Assembly (NCBI GenBank): GCA_002898295.1
Contig: BEHX01000001.1
Span: forward strand, 115,790 to 179,789
Length of the DNA: 64,000 nucleotides
Source of the DNA: a bacterium HR21
GTDB lineage: Bacteria; Bacteroidota; Ignavibacteria; Kapaibacteriales; HRBIN21
Direction of reading: 5' to 3'
The translations under genes were made by a program, and so were the position numbers. A model generated the notes under the pieces. It was not told the origin of the DNA. It did not search any database and saw nothing but the letters and a program-made list of their open reading frames with translations. Positions 29,501 through 39,100 of the stretch are shown piece after piece; the stretch's first letter is position 1; every line of letters starts with the position of its first letter.

Positions 29501-30498
29501 TGGGCAAGCGTGCCTTGCTGCTGACCGCTGTGCTTGCCTGCCCACTCCTGGGGCAGATCCTGCCCCGGTTTGGAGAAGAGCGCGTGGGCAGTTCTGCGGC
29601 GAGCGCGTTGAAAGCGCTCGGGAGTGCCCGAAGTGCCGGGCTGGTTTCTGCCACGACAGCTCTGCCTGAGCCGGGGAGCGTGTGGCTCAACCCTGCTGTT
29701 GCCGCAGAGCAGCAAGGGCGCTACGCTCTCGTGCTTGCCAGCCAACGCTTGATTGCAGAGGTATGGCACCATGCTCTCTGTGTGGGCTATCGCTTCTGGG
29801 AGCCGGGGACGGTGGCGCTGTCCTTCTCGGTGGTGAGCCTGCCGCCCATTGAGGAGACCACAGAGTTTCGCCCCTACGGCACGGGGCGCCAGTTCCGGTT
29901 CGGGCAATGGACTGCAGCGCTGAGCTATGCCCACCGCTTCACAGAGCAGTTCGCCGCTGGGGTGACGCTCCGCTACGTCCAGGAAAACTGGGCGGAAGTC
30001 ACTCTCCGGGGGATCACGTGGGATGCTGGAACCTTTTATTGGACCGGCATCGGAAGCCTGCGCCTGGCGGTTGCGGTATCCCATTTCGGATTGCCCCTCC
30101 GTGCCGTTGGTCCTCTGCCGGAACAGGGCGCTCCCGCAAGGGATTTCCGCGAGTTTGCTCCGCCGACGGTTTTCCGAATTGGGCTCGCTGGGGAGTTGCT
30201 GCACGATGCTCTGCAGCGCTGGACATGGGTTGCCTCGGTGGAGCATCCCAGCGATCAGTCCGAAAGCTACGCGGTTGGCAGTGAGTACGCGGTCCGATTC
30301 TCCTCAGCCTTCCCGGCAGAACTCCTTGTGCGGGCAGGGCTGCGAGCGCAAGCAGCCCAGTGGTGGGCAGTCGGTGTTGGAGTCCGTCTCCCCCTTGCTC
30401 CCTTCACGCTGCAGCTGGACTACGCTCTTACCGCGCAGCCTCCCTTCGGACTTGCGCATCGCTTCGGATGTACGGTGGAGCCCTTCCGAGGACCGTAG
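29500..30498 (+). CDS. PorV/PorQ-family outer-membrane beta-barrel protein (T9SS-associated family)
   Basis: Signal peptide, then an alternating beta-strand pattern that ends in an aromatic residue. The N-terminal ALKALGSARSAG ... NPAVAA motif resembles the PorV N-terminal signature. Its start overlaps the SDR stop (TGATG). Confidence 0.5.
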   Translation: MGKRALLLTAVLACPLLGQILPRFGEERVGSSAASALKALGSARSAGLVSATTALPEPGSVWLNPAVAAEQQGRYALVLASQRLIAEVWHHALCVGYRFWEPGTVALSFSVVSLPPIEETTEFRPYGTGRQFRFGQWTAALSYAHRFTEQFAAGVTLRYVQENWAEVTLRGITWDAGTFYWTGIGSLRLAVAVSHFGLPLRAVGPLPEQGAPARDFREFAPPTVFRIGLAGELLHDALQRWTWVASVEHPSDQSESYAVGSEYAVRFSSAFPAELLVRAGLRAQAAQWWAVGVGVRLPLAPFTLQLDYALTAQPPFGLAHRFGCTVEPFRGP

Positions 30499-30500
30499 CC

Positions 30501-31565
30501 ATGGGCAGGCATGACGCTGCCGCCGGTGTTCTTGTACTGGGACTTGCTCTCGGGGGAAGCAGTGGTTGCCTCGTAGAACGTCCGCCGCTGCCGACCGCAC
30601 CGCCAGTGGATACAACGCGTGTTGGCGATACCGTCTACGTTCCCCTGGAGCCAGCGTGGACAGGCTTCCGGAACCCAGCCGATGTCCTCGTTGGGCGAGA
30701 GCCTTTCATCTACGTTGCCGATACAGACAACGACCGCATCGTGATGCTGGACCTTGCCGGGCGCCTCCTTGGGGTCTCCGGGCGTATTCGCCGTCCGGTT
30801 GCGCTGGCGCAGGATGGGCATTTCGACCTACTGGTCTGTGCTGAGCTGGATACGCTGCTGCCTGCCGGGCAGATGACCATCGGGGCAGTCTTCCGCATCA
30901 AGCTGCGGCAGGCTCACCATAACCTCGCACAAGCCCCCATCGTCCTTGCGTATGCTGAACCGGAGCGCCCGCAGCGCCGCTTCACCGGCGTTGCCGTACT
31001 GCCGGACAACAGCTACCTCCTGGCACGCACCGGACCGCAGAACACCTCTGCTGTTGACCCGGACGAGGCTGTCCTCCACATTGGTCCAGATGATCGGCTC
31101 CGCTCGCCTATTGCAACACTGCGTCCTATCGGCGTCGCTCTCAACTCTCTGGGCAAGCTCAGCGGACTGGCACTCTCTGCCGATGGTCAGGAGTTGGTTC
31201 TGACCCAGCGCGGGGAGACCATGCAATACCGCGTGCAATGGCTGCGCTACGTGACCGGCGAGGGTGCAGGATGGGCGCAGAAATTCGACCCAGCACGCCA
31301 GAGCCCAACTGTGCTACAGCCCGGGCGGTTCCGTGCTCCTGAAGGTGCTGCCTTTGACGGCAACGGGGCAGTCTATGTGGTGGATGCGGAAGCCGATAGC
31401 CTCTTGGTACTCTCTCCCTCGGGCATGCTCGTGCGGGGATACCAGGGCGAAGGGCTCTCGCGGCTCCGCCGTCCCAGCGGGGTTTCGGTGTACAACCGCA
31501 CTGTCTACATTGCCGATGCAGGCAACGGACGCATTCTGCGCCTCCGCCTCTCCACGGATATGTAA
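30501..31565 (+). CDS. NHL/beta-propeller repeat lipoprotein
   Basis: Lipobox LGGSSGC. Repeated [VI]Y[VI]AD...[RS][IL]..L NHL-like blades (YVADTDNDRIVMLD, VYVVDAEADSLLVL, VYIADAGNGRILRL). Confidence 0.55.
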   Translation: MGRHDAAAGVLVLGLALGGSSGCLVERPPLPTAPPVDTTRVGDTVYVPLEPAWTGFRNPADVLVGREPFIYVADTDNDRIVMLDLAGRLLGVSGRIRRPVALAQDGHFDLLVCAELDTLLPAGQMTIGAVFRIKLRQAHHNLAQAPIVLAYAEPERPQRRFTGVAVLPDNSYLLARTGPQNTSAVDPDEAVLHIGPDDRLRSPIATLRPIGVALNSLGKLSGLALSADGQELVLTQRGETMQYRVQWLRYVTGEGAGWAQKFDPARQSPTVLQPGRFRAPEGAAFDGNGAVYVVDAEADSLLVLSPSGMLVRGYQGEGLSRLRRPSGVSVYNRTVYIADAGNGRILRLRLSTDM

Positions 31566-31569
31566 GGAC

Positions 31570-32010
31570 ATGGTGGGAGTGACGATGTGGCATCTCGGTG
31601 TCCTCTTGCTGGCGGTGGTGATGGGATGTCGGAGTACAACGCCGGAGCCGCCTGTGGAAGGGGAAATCCTCCTCGGGCAGGGAGGCGGGTTTACGGGCAT
31701 GTATTCCGGACACCTGCTGCGCTCCGATGGGCTGGTCTTCCGCTGGAGCCAGATGCCCGGACAGCCGGAGCGGACGGAAGAAGCCGGTCGTGTCCCTGCC
31801 GATAGCCTCCAGCCATTTTTCCGCAAACTGGCACGCTGGCAGCAGGAAGGAAAGACAGTGCTCAGTACGGGCAACATGGTGGCTTTCCTCGAATTCCGCC
31901 ATGCCGGGACGCGCTACCGGCTCCAGTGGGGGCTCGGTGAGACCAATGAGCCAGAGGTCCAGGAACTCTACCAGGAGCTCCTCCGCTTTCTCCGGCGGCA
32001 TCTCCCTTAG
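31570..32010 (+). CDS. small lipoprotein of unknown function
   Basis: Signal peptide with lipobox (LLAVVMGC). 146 aa with no recognisable domain. Confidence 0.45.
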   Translation: MVGVTMWHLGVLLLAVVMGCRSTTPEPPVEGEILLGQGGGFTGMYSGHLLRSDGLVFRWSQMPGQPERTEEAGRVPADSLQPFFRKLARWQQEGKTVLSTGNMVAFLEFRHAGTRYRLQWGLGETNEPEVQELYQELLRFLRRHLP

Positions 32011-32729
32011 GTATTCCGGAGCAGCTGAGAGAGCGCTTCGGGGTCCAGAAGCCGGATCCGGTTGTCAGCACAGCGAATCAGATTCCGGCGCTCCAGGACC
32101 GACAGCGTGCGACGGACGGCAGAGATAGAGGTACGGAGGAGCTCAGCAATGCTGCTTGGCGTTGCTGGGAAGCGGAGAGAACCCTCCTCGTCGGCTCCAT
32201 AGGTCCGGAAAAGCAGCAGCAGAAAGTGGATCACGCGCTCACGCACGGAGCGGCGCTGGAAGAGGAGAAATTGCTCTTCGATGGCTTCGATCTCGCGGGC
32301 AAGGAGCTGCACGACTCGCACCCAGAACGAGAGATGTTCCCGGGCAAAGCGCTCTACGAGCTCTGCCGGGAACAGACACGCGCGGAGCTCCTCGAGCGCG
32401 ATGACGCTGACACTATGCCGCCGCTCACCGAAGAGGTCTCGGAGTCCGAGGAGATCCCCTGGTTTGTGGAGGGCAACCAAGAGCTCTTCGCCGTCATCCC
32501 CGACAGAGAGCACAGCTTTCGCCGTCCCGCTGGCGATGCAGTAGAGCTGCGTTACTGGTTCCCCGGCTCGCACAATCGGAGTGCCAGGCGCGAAGAGAAC
32601 CGTCTGCCGGGCACGCGCCAGCGTCTGCTGTGCCTCCTCTCCGAGCTGTCCAAGAGGGCTAAGCCAGCCGTGCGGGCACTGGCTGCAGAGGCGAAGCTGT
32701 TCCCGAGTTTGGGACAGCATAAGGCTCAA
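32007..32729 (-). CDS. Crp/Fnr family transcriptional regulator
   Basis: cNMP-binding-like beta-roll followed by a C-terminal HTH (SIAELLRTSISAVRRTLSVLE). Confidence 0.75.
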   Translation of the reverse strand: MSLMLSQTREQLRLCSQCPHGWLSPLGQLGEEAQQTLARARQTVLFAPGTPIVRAGEPVTQLYCIASGTAKAVLSVGDDGEELLVALHKPGDLLGLRDLFGERRHSVSVIALEELRACLFPAELVERFAREHLSFWVRVVQLLAREIEAIEEQFLLFQRRSVRERVIHFLLLLFRTYGADEEGSLRFPATPSSIAELLRTSISAVRRTLSVLERRNLIRCADNRIRLLDPEALSQLLRNT

Positions 32730-32783
32730 GATAGGTGGAACACAGGCACGCTACGAAGCTCGCGCTCTTGGGAACCGATGCCA

Positions 32784-32797
32784 ATGATTTTTATCGT
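32784..32797. promoter_or_regulatory. candidate FNR/CRP-type palindrome (aTGAT-N4-ATCgt) in the divergent intergenic region
   Basis: Matches 8 of 10 positions of the TTGAT-N4-ATCAA consensus. Located between the crp/fnr gene and the Fe-S oxidoreductase gene. Confidence 0.3.
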
Positions 32798-32898
32798 ACT
32801 CCGATGTGACAACGCACGGCACAGCCGGCAAGGGTGAGGAAGGGTGGAGAGGGAGCTACCTATTTTTGCAGCGGTGGTCAGGATACCGTGGAGAGTGG

Positions 32899-34944
32899 AT
32901 GCGGGCCTGGATTTTCGTCCCGATGTTCCTCGGTGCGGTGGGGATTTTCGCCTTCAATGCCTGGCGCCTGTTCCAGTTTCTCCGGCTTGCGCGTCCGGAG
33001 AACCGCTGGGACCGTGTGGGACAGCGCCTATGGCAGACACTTGTGGTAGCGTTTGGGCAGAGTCGGATCCTGCGAGATCGGGTTGCTGGACCAATCCATG
33101 CGGGAATCTTTTGGGGATTCCTGGTGTTGCTGAGTTCGGCAGTGGAAGCGGTATTGGAGGGATTCAATCCCCGCTGGTCATTGAGTTTCCTGGGACCGCT
33201 GTATTCGGTCAGTACGATTGCCGTGGACCTCTTCTGTGCCATTGTGTTCGTGGCGGTCCTCTGGGCAGCGTGGCGGCGGTGGGTCCAGCGAGTGGCGCGC
33301 CTTCAGGGACCTGCAGAGGAGCAACGGGATGCTGTGATTGTCCTGGGCTTGATTGCCGTAATTGTCACCGCGCTCTTGCTGCAAAACAGCACGCGCATTG
33401 CTCTGCAGGCAGACCACGCTTGGGCGGTGCGTCCGGTTTCTACTCTCTTGGCTCAGCTCTTTGCCCCGAACCAGACAACCCGTATCCTCTTCGAGGTGGG
33501 CTGGTGGGTTCACATCGGCTTCATCCTCATCTTCCTCAACTACCTTCCGTTCTCGAAGCACTTGCACGTGCTGACCTCTGTGCCGAATGTCTTCTTTGCC
33601 CGTTTGGGACCTGTCAATGTGCTCGACCCGCTTGACTTTGCGCGGGAGGATGCCACGGTCTTCGGTGCCACCGATGTGGAGCACTTGAGCTGGAAAAGCA
33701 TTCTGGATAGCTACTCGTGTACGCACTGTGGGCGCTGCACCAGTGTTTGTCCGGCCAACCAGACGGGCAAGATTCTCGACCCCCGAGCAATTGTCGTCGC
33801 TGTGCGGCAGCGGACGCTCGATCGGATGCCCCTGCTACTCAAGCAGCGCCGCGGCGGGCAGCTCAGCCCCGAGGAAGAGGCACTGCTGAACAAACGCTTC
33901 GTCGGGGACTACATTCCAGAGGAGGCGCTGTGGCAATGCACGACGTGTGGAGCATGCATGGAGGAGTGCCCGGTTCTGATCGAGCACGTGCCCGTCATTG
34001 TCGAGCTGCGGCGGGGGTTGGTCATGATGGAGGCGCGCTTCCCTACGGAACTCCAATCGGCGTATGGGAACTTGGAAATCCAAGCTACGCCGTGGGCATT
34101 TGCGGCTTCAGACCGTGCTGCATGGGCGGCAGGGCTGCCGGTGAAGACCCTAGCGGAGGAGAGCACCACCTACGATGTCCTCTTCTGGGTTGGCTGTGCG
34201 GGAAGCTACGATCAGCGGGCGCAGCGCGTTGCCCGCTCCATTGTCCAGCTGCTGACTGCTGCCGGGGTACAGGTGCGCATCCTGGGGGCGGAAGAACGGT
34301 GTACAGGGGACCCGGCACGCCGGACGGGCAACGAGTACCTCGCCGATGGGCTCGTTCGGGCAAATGTGGAGACGCTGAACCGCTACGGCGTGCGAACAAT
34401 TGTGACAATGTGCCCGCATTGCTACAACACCCTCAAAAACGAGTATCCCCGCTTCGGGGGCTTCTACCAGGTGTACCACCACACGCAGTACCTGCGCCGC
34501 CTTCTGGAAGAGGGGCGCCTGCAGCTCACTGGGGAGCATGTGCAAACCTTGCTACACACGGTGGTCTACCACGATTCGTGCTATCTGGGACGCTACAATG
34601 GAGAGTACGAAGCGCCGCGAGTACTGCTGGAGGTCCTCCCAACGGTTCAGCTCTCTGAACCGGAGCGGGCGCGGGATCGGGGCTTCTGCTGTGGTGCCGG
34701 CGGCGGACGCATGTTCCTGGAGGAGCGCGTTGGCAAGAAGGTCAACCTGGAGCGAACCGAAGAGTTGCTCGCCACAGGAGCAGAAACCATTGCTGTCAAC
34801 TGCCCATTCTGCTTGACCATGCTCACCGATGGGGTCAAAGCGCTGGGGAAAGCCGATACCGTCCGTGTCCGTGATGTAGCGGAAATCCTCGCTGAGCATC
34901 TCCCTGCGGGAGATCCGCCGGCGGAAGGCGGACTTCCTGCGTGA
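32899..34944 (+). CDS. membrane-anchored Fe-S oxidoreductase: NarI/DsrM-like polytopic domain fused to an HdrD/DsrK/GlpC-like domain (2x[4Fe-4S] + 2 CCG domains)
   Basis: N-terminal ~5 TM helices; two ferredoxin motifs (CTHCGRCTSVCP, CTTCGACMEECP); two cysteine-rich CCG motifs (CPHCYNT...; CCGAGGG...NCPFC). Confidence 0.7.
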   Translation: MRAWIFVPMFLGAVGIFAFNAWRLFQFLRLARPENRWDRVGQRLWQTLVVAFGQSRILRDRVAGPIHAGIFWGFLVLLSSAVEAVLEGFNPRWSLSFLGPLYSVSTIAVDLFCAIVFVAVLWAAWRRWVQRVARLQGPAEEQRDAVIVLGLIAVIVTALLLQNSTRIALQADHAWAVRPVSTLLAQLFAPNQTTRILFEVGWWVHIGFILIFLNYLPFSKHLHVLTSVPNVFFARLGPVNVLDPLDFAREDATVFGATDVEHLSWKSILDSYSCTHCGRCTSVCPANQTGKILDPRAIVVAVRQRTLDRMPLLLKQRRGGQLSPEEEALLNKRFVGDYIPEEALWQCTTCGACMEECPVLIEHVPVIVELRRGLVMMEARFPTELQSAYGNLEIQATPWAFAASDRAAWAAGLPVKTLAEESTTYDVLFWVGCAGSYDQRAQRVARSIVQLLTAAGVQVRILGAEERCTGDPARRTGNEYLADGLVRANVETLNRYGVRTIVTMCPHCYNTLKNEYPRFGGFYQVYHHTQYLRRLLEEGRLQLTGEHVQTLLHTVVYHDSCYLGRYNGEYEAPRVLLEVLPTVQLSEPERARDRGFCCGAGGGRMFLEERVGKKVNLERTEELLATGAETIAVNCPFCLTMLTDGVKALGKADTVRVRDVAEILAEHLPAGDPPAEGGLPA

Positions 34945-34989
34945 GCCTATACCCCGTGGGTTGAACAAGTGCAGGGAAGGCATACGGCG

Positions 34990-35466
34990 ATGCTTCTCTA
35001 CCTTATGCGCCATGCGCATGCCGAAAGTGGAGGTGAGGACTTGCAGCGCCCTTTGAGTGCCGCAGGACAGGAGCACATTCAGCGGCTCCTCCCACTGCTG
35101 CGGCTGCTCCAGGTAGAGCCCGACTGGATCCTGAGCAGCCCTTATCGACGGGCTTTCCAAACGGCACAGCTTGTTGCCGAAGGGCTTGGATATTCTCGGG
35201 AAATTGTCACTGATCCGGCGCTCACTCCGGCAGGCTCTACCGTCGGGGTACAGGCACTGGTGCTGGCCTTTGCTCAGAGTCAGCAGTTGCTGCTGGTTGG
35301 GCATGCTCCCAGTATCCTGAATTGGCTCAGCGAGCTCTGTGGTGCCCGGCAGTTCCGTTTCCGCTTCCCTGCTGGTGCAATCGGCTGTATCGAGCTTCCG
35401 GACCCGCGCCGCTGGGCGGGAACCCTCTGCTGGTTGATTGGGACCGACCAACTGCAAGGAGCGTAG
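34990..35466 (+). CDS. sixA: phosphohistidine phosphatase SixA-like (histidine phosphatase superfamily)
   Basis: RHA catalytic motif (LYLMRHAHAE) and the small SixA size. Confidence 0.65.
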   Translation: MLLYLMRHAHAESGGEDLQRPLSAAGQEHIQRLLPLLRLLQVEPDWILSSPYRRAFQTAQLVAEGLGYSREIVTDPALTPAGSTVGVQALVLAFAQSQQLLLVGHAPSILNWLSELCGARQFRFRFPAGAIGCIELPDPRRWAGTLCWLIGTDQLQGA

Positions 35467-35471
35467 CCTCC

Positions 35472-36680
35472 TCAAGGGTGAGACAGGAGCTGCTGTGCTC
35501 GCTCCAATGCTTTCTCAGGGGAGTGGATGCCGTAGAGGGCTTCAACGACGGCGTTCTCGAAGGCAGCCTCCAGTTCGAGCCACTGAGGATGGACAGGGGT
35601 CATCCGCGCCCGGCGTAACTGCTCGGCGAAGTGCCTCCGGTACGGGATACTGAGCAAGAGCGAGTCCTGCACGAAACGCTGGTCGGCAGGGAACCCTGCC
35701 TCTGGTACGGCACGGCAGAACCGCACGGCGGTTTCTCCGGCAGTCAAGAAACGGACGAGGGCAAGTGCCAGCTCTTTCCGCGGGGAAGCAGCACTGATGG
35801 CAAGGTACTCCCCACCGGCGAAGGAGATCCCGGGCTGCAGTGGAGTCTGCCCGGGAAGCAGGGCAAGACTGTACTCCCAGCGCGGCTGCTGCTGCCGCAG
35901 TTTCTCCGCCAGCCATGCTCCCGAGACCCAGAAGCCGAGCTTGCCTTGGAGGAAGAGGTCGTCGAGCTGCCGTTGGGTTTCAATGAGCCCCACACGGGCA
36001 AGCTCTGTATAGAAGCGTACCGCTCTCACAACGGGAGGCGCCGTCAGCTGTGGGCGTCCGGTGCTGTCCAGCAAATCGCCACCGAAGCTCCATACGAGCG
36101 GGAGCACCTTCTTGTAGAGCCGGTGTGGGTCAGCGCCGTTGACTCCGCAACCGTACAGAGACGGCGGGGAATGGAGCTGGGATGCCCGCTGCAGGAGCTC
36201 TTCCCACGTCTGGGGCGGCGTCTGCGGGAGCCCAGCCCGCTGGAGAGCCGTTCGATTGAGGAACAGCACACGGGTATCCACAATCCACGGGACAGCGTAG
36301 AGCTTGCCCTGCCAGAAACACGGTGGGTGAGTGGCAGCCAGGAAGTGCTCCAGCGGAATGCTGTCTCGGGGCAGTTCCCAGAGAACGCCAGCGCTGGAAA
36401 ACTGGGCAACCCAATCGGAGCCGAGCTCCAACACGTCAGGAGGCTTTCCTGCATTGAAAGCAGCCAGCAGCTTGGTTTTCCCTTCGTTCCAGGTCAACTC
36501 CGTGACGTCCACCCGACAGTGGAAGCGCTGCTCAAATTCAGCAATCAGCTCCTGCAGAGCAGCGCGGTGTCGTGGTTCACTCCAGAAATGCCAGAAGCTG
36601 ATGCGGCGCTCCTCGGGCACGTTCCCGGGACGGCATGCACTCAGCAACACAAGGATGCTCAGCACTGCTCTGGCACTCAT
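35472..36680 (-). CDS. ABC transporter substrate-binding lipoprotein (family 1, sugar/oligosaccharide type)
   Basis: Lipobox (LLSAC) and SBP_bac_1-like composition. Its start overlaps the stop of the upstream SLBB gene. Confidence 0.6.
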   Translation of the reverse strand: MSARAVLSILVLLSACRPGNVPEERRISFWHFWSEPRHRAALQELIAEFEQRFHCRVDVTELTWNEGKTKLLAAFNAGKPPDVLELGSDWVAQFSSAGVLWELPRDSIPLEHFLAATHPPCFWQGKLYAVPWIVDTRVLFLNRTALQRAGLPQTPPQTWEELLQRASQLHSPPSLYGCGVNGADPHRLYKKVLPLVWSFGGDLLDSTGRPQLTAPPVVRAVRFYTELARVGLIETQRQLDDLFLQGKLGFWVSGAWLAEKLRQQQPRWEYSLALLPGQTPLQPGISFAGGEYLAISAASPRKELALALVRFLTAGETAVRFCRAVPEAGFPADQRFVQDSLLLSIPYRRHFAEQLRRARMTPVHPQWLELEAAFENAVVEALYGIHSPEKALERAQQLLSHP

Positions 36681-37216
36681 CGCCCTCCGCGGAAGAAGAG
36701 AACCAGCGTGACCGCTGCCTGCAAGATGAGGAGGACATCCCGGACAACCCCGACGACGACCTCCAGCGTACTGAGTGCTCCGCCGGGGACGATGACTGTA
36801 TCACCGGGATACAGCAGTGGATTCTGGCTCGGGTCGCCGGTGCGCTGGTAGAGTTCCAGGTTGTAGACCAGCACTCGCTCGACGATGGTGGTATCCACCC
36901 GCACATCCCGGATGACGCGGACATCGGTCAGCCGGGCGTACTCGGTTGGTCCGCCACCGAAGGAGATGAGCTGGACCAGCGTGGTAGAGCTGGGGACCAA
37001 GTAGCGCCCTGGGACACGGACGTAGCCCCAGAGGTTGACCGGAATGGTCAGTCCAGCCCCGAAGCTGAGGTCGTAGTATGCAGCCCCGCCCAGCCCAGTG
37101 TACGGCATCGAACGGGGTTGGGACTGTTCCTGCCCTGGAGGAGCAAAGAGGTTGCGGGGATGCTGTGCCCAGAGCAGCGGCGCTGCCAGGAGGAGCAGTC
37201 CGAAGCGCAGGCTCAT
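36677..37216 (-). CDS. SLBB/polysaccharide-export (Wza-like) domain protein
   Basis: Signal peptide; SLBB beta-grasp motif (GYVRVPGRYLVP...TLVQLISFGGG...RVIR); PES-like PGDTVIVP motif. Confidence 0.55.
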   Translation of the reverse strand: MSLRFGLLLLAAPLLWAQHPRNLFAPPGQEQSQPRSMPYTGLGGAAYYDLSFGAGLTIPVNLWGYVRVPGRYLVPSSTTLVQLISFGGGPTEYARLTDVRVIRDVRVDTTIVERVLVYNLELYQRTGDPSQNPLLYPGDTVIVPGGALSTLEVVVGVVRDVLLILQAAVTLVLFFRGGR

Positions 37217-37241
37217 GACCCGTTGGGAGTCGAGTAAGACA

Positions 37242-38006
37242 TCATCGCAGCCAGAACGTGCGCCAGACCGAACTTGCTCCGCGTTCGGGGCGTCCAGGTG
37301 TTACGCGGCTGATACGCCAGCGGTAGAGCTTCCCCGGCTGCAGTGGCTCGGCCCGTCCGTCCTGATTGTAGCGAATTTGAGGGCGTGAGTAATCGAGCGG
37401 GACCCCGGCGAAGACCCACACGGGGCGTCCTCCAATGTCAGGGTTGAGCGAGTCTGCCTCGAAGACGCGAAGGACCACGTACCCAACATTGTTGCTCCAG
37501 CGGAAGATGACCGAATCGGGAGCGACAGCCCCGATCGGTGCCAGAGGCACAGGGGGAGGCTCCAGCGTGAAGCGTACGGTGTCTGAGGGAGGACCTTCGC
37601 GCCGCTGCGGCGAGCGGTCCAGCGCATGGACACGGTAGTAGTACGTGCGCCAGGGGGTAACAGCCAGGTCAACGTACGCCGTATCTTCCGCCGTAGTGCC
37701 GTACTCGATCGTGACCAACTCGTGGAAGTTGATGGGACGTCCACTGGAATCGGTCGTGTCGCTGCGGTAGAGTCGATAGCCGCCGACTTTGAGCGGGTCG
37801 AGAGCATGCCACTCCAGCCGAATGCCTCCCACGCCGTTTGCAGCGGCGTCGGGCCATGGGCGAACGCCCGTCTCGAAAGCAGCCGTATCGGCACTGCGGG
37901 TAACCCAGCGCGGAGCCTCCAGCGGAGTCGGGGGTGACTCTGTCGGAGTCCCGCATCCGCTCACTGCCAGGAGAAGGAGGCACCAGGAACAGAGCTGCAT
38001 CATCAT
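37242..38006 (-). CDS. lipoprotein with fibronectin-III-like repeats
   Basis: Lipobox (LLAVSGC). Two repeats ending in Y(R/Y)(W/Y)R-type FN3 strands (YRLYRSD, YYYRVHALD, YRWRISRV). Confidence 0.5.
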   Translation of the reverse strand: MMMQLCSWCLLLLAVSGCGTPTESPPTPLEAPRWVTRSADTAAFETGVRPWPDAAANGVGGIRLEWHALDPLKVGGYRLYRSDTTDSSGRPINFHELVTIEYGTTAEDTAYVDLAVTPWRTYYYRVHALDRSPQRREGPPSDTVRFTLEPPPVPLAPIGAVAPDSVIFRWSNNVGYVVLRVFEADSLNPDIGGRPVWVFAGVPLDYSRPQIRYNQDGRAEPLQPGKLYRWRISRVTPGRPERGASSVWRTFWLR

Positions 38007-39100
38007 CGGAGGCGTTCCAGTATAGGTCCGAGCCGGAGACTGACAGCCAGTCGGTGGACATTGCCCAGCTGTGCGTCGGAGTCAGCTAGGAAGCCATAGT
38101 CGGCGCTGAGGAAGCCGACATCCACACCGGCGCCGAGTGTCAGAACCCCGTGGTATGCCCCGAGCCGGAGGGCAAAACTACGGCGATAGGTTACTTCGAT
38201 GCCGTAGTTGCTGGCACCGCTGTAGCGGCTGTCGCGGTCGTAGGCAATGGTAGCTTCCATGTGCCACATTTCCAGCGGTTGCGTCAGAGCAATCCCCCAC
38301 TGGACCGAGCTTGGGATGCGGTGTGGACGCTGGGTGCTCCACAGAAGCCGTGTTCCCCCGAGGTCGCGCACGAATAGCCCCAGAGCTAGTCGGGGCCAGC
38401 GTTCATCGAAGGCGATGTCCTTGAGGTTGACCCGCAGTGCTGCTCCAAGGTCTAAGCCCAGCCCTGAAGCGGTGTGCTCGGCAATGCGCTGGTGAAGGAG
38501 TTTGAGGTTGACTCCGATGGGGAATTCTACCGGGACGGCAAAGCGCATCCAGCCGAAATCCACCGGGATGACGAACAAGTGCGCTAGGCTCAGCCAGAGA
38601 GCGTCATCGGCATTGGGGATGAATTCACCCTGTCCAGCACGTCGGACGAGCTCTTCCCGCTCTTGCGGCGAGAGCACCCGCGTCAGGTCCGGATACCGGC
38701 GGAGGTCTGGGACGGTGAAGCGTACCCAATTGATGCCCAGCTGTGCCCGGGATACCGGCACGGTAAGCCCGGTGTGGAAGAAATGCGCCAGCGGTGAACC
38801 GAGCGAGCCATACTGCGAACTGTACATGCCTGACACGAGCGGAGTCGGGGGAAGCAGCGCCAAGCCCGCAGGATTCCAGGCAAATCCCCATGCGTCATCG
38901 GCAACGGCGCTGAAGGCTCCACCCATGCCCAGTGCTCGGGCTCCGAGCGGAATCTCCAGAAAAGCCCCCGCATAGGGCTCCTCTTGTGCCCACAGCGTCA
39001 GGCACATGCCGAGAATGCTAACGAACCCGCGCCACACTGCCGCGCCGCTCAATGACAGTCTCACCTGCTCGGACACGGACTCGGTAGAAGTATACCCCAT
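38003..39100 (-). CDS. porV: T9SS outer-membrane protein PorV (LptO) family
   Basis: Directly downstream of porU. N-terminal GARALGMGGAFSAVADD...NPAGLA signature and beta-barrel periodicity. The start is uncertain: Met codons at 39121 and 39100, and Met109 at 39007. Confidence 0.7.
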   Translation of the reverse strand: MGYTSTESVSEQVRLSLSGAAVWRGFVSILGMCLTLWAQEEPYAGAFLEIPLGARALGMGGAFSAVADDAWGFAWNPAGLALLPPTPLVSGMYSSQYGSLGSPLAHFFHTGLTVPVSRAQLGINWVRFTVPDLRRYPDLTRVLSPQEREELVRRAGQGEFIPNADDALWLSLAHLFVIPVDFGWMRFAVPVEFPIGVNLKLLHQRIAEHTASGLGLDLGAALRVNLKDIAFDERWPRLALGLFVRDLGGTRLLWSTQRPHRIPSSVQWGIALTQPLEMWHMEATIAYDRDSRYSGASNYGIEVTYRRSFALRLGAYHGVLTLGAGVDVGFLSADYGFLADSDAQLGNVHRLAVSLRLGPILERLR

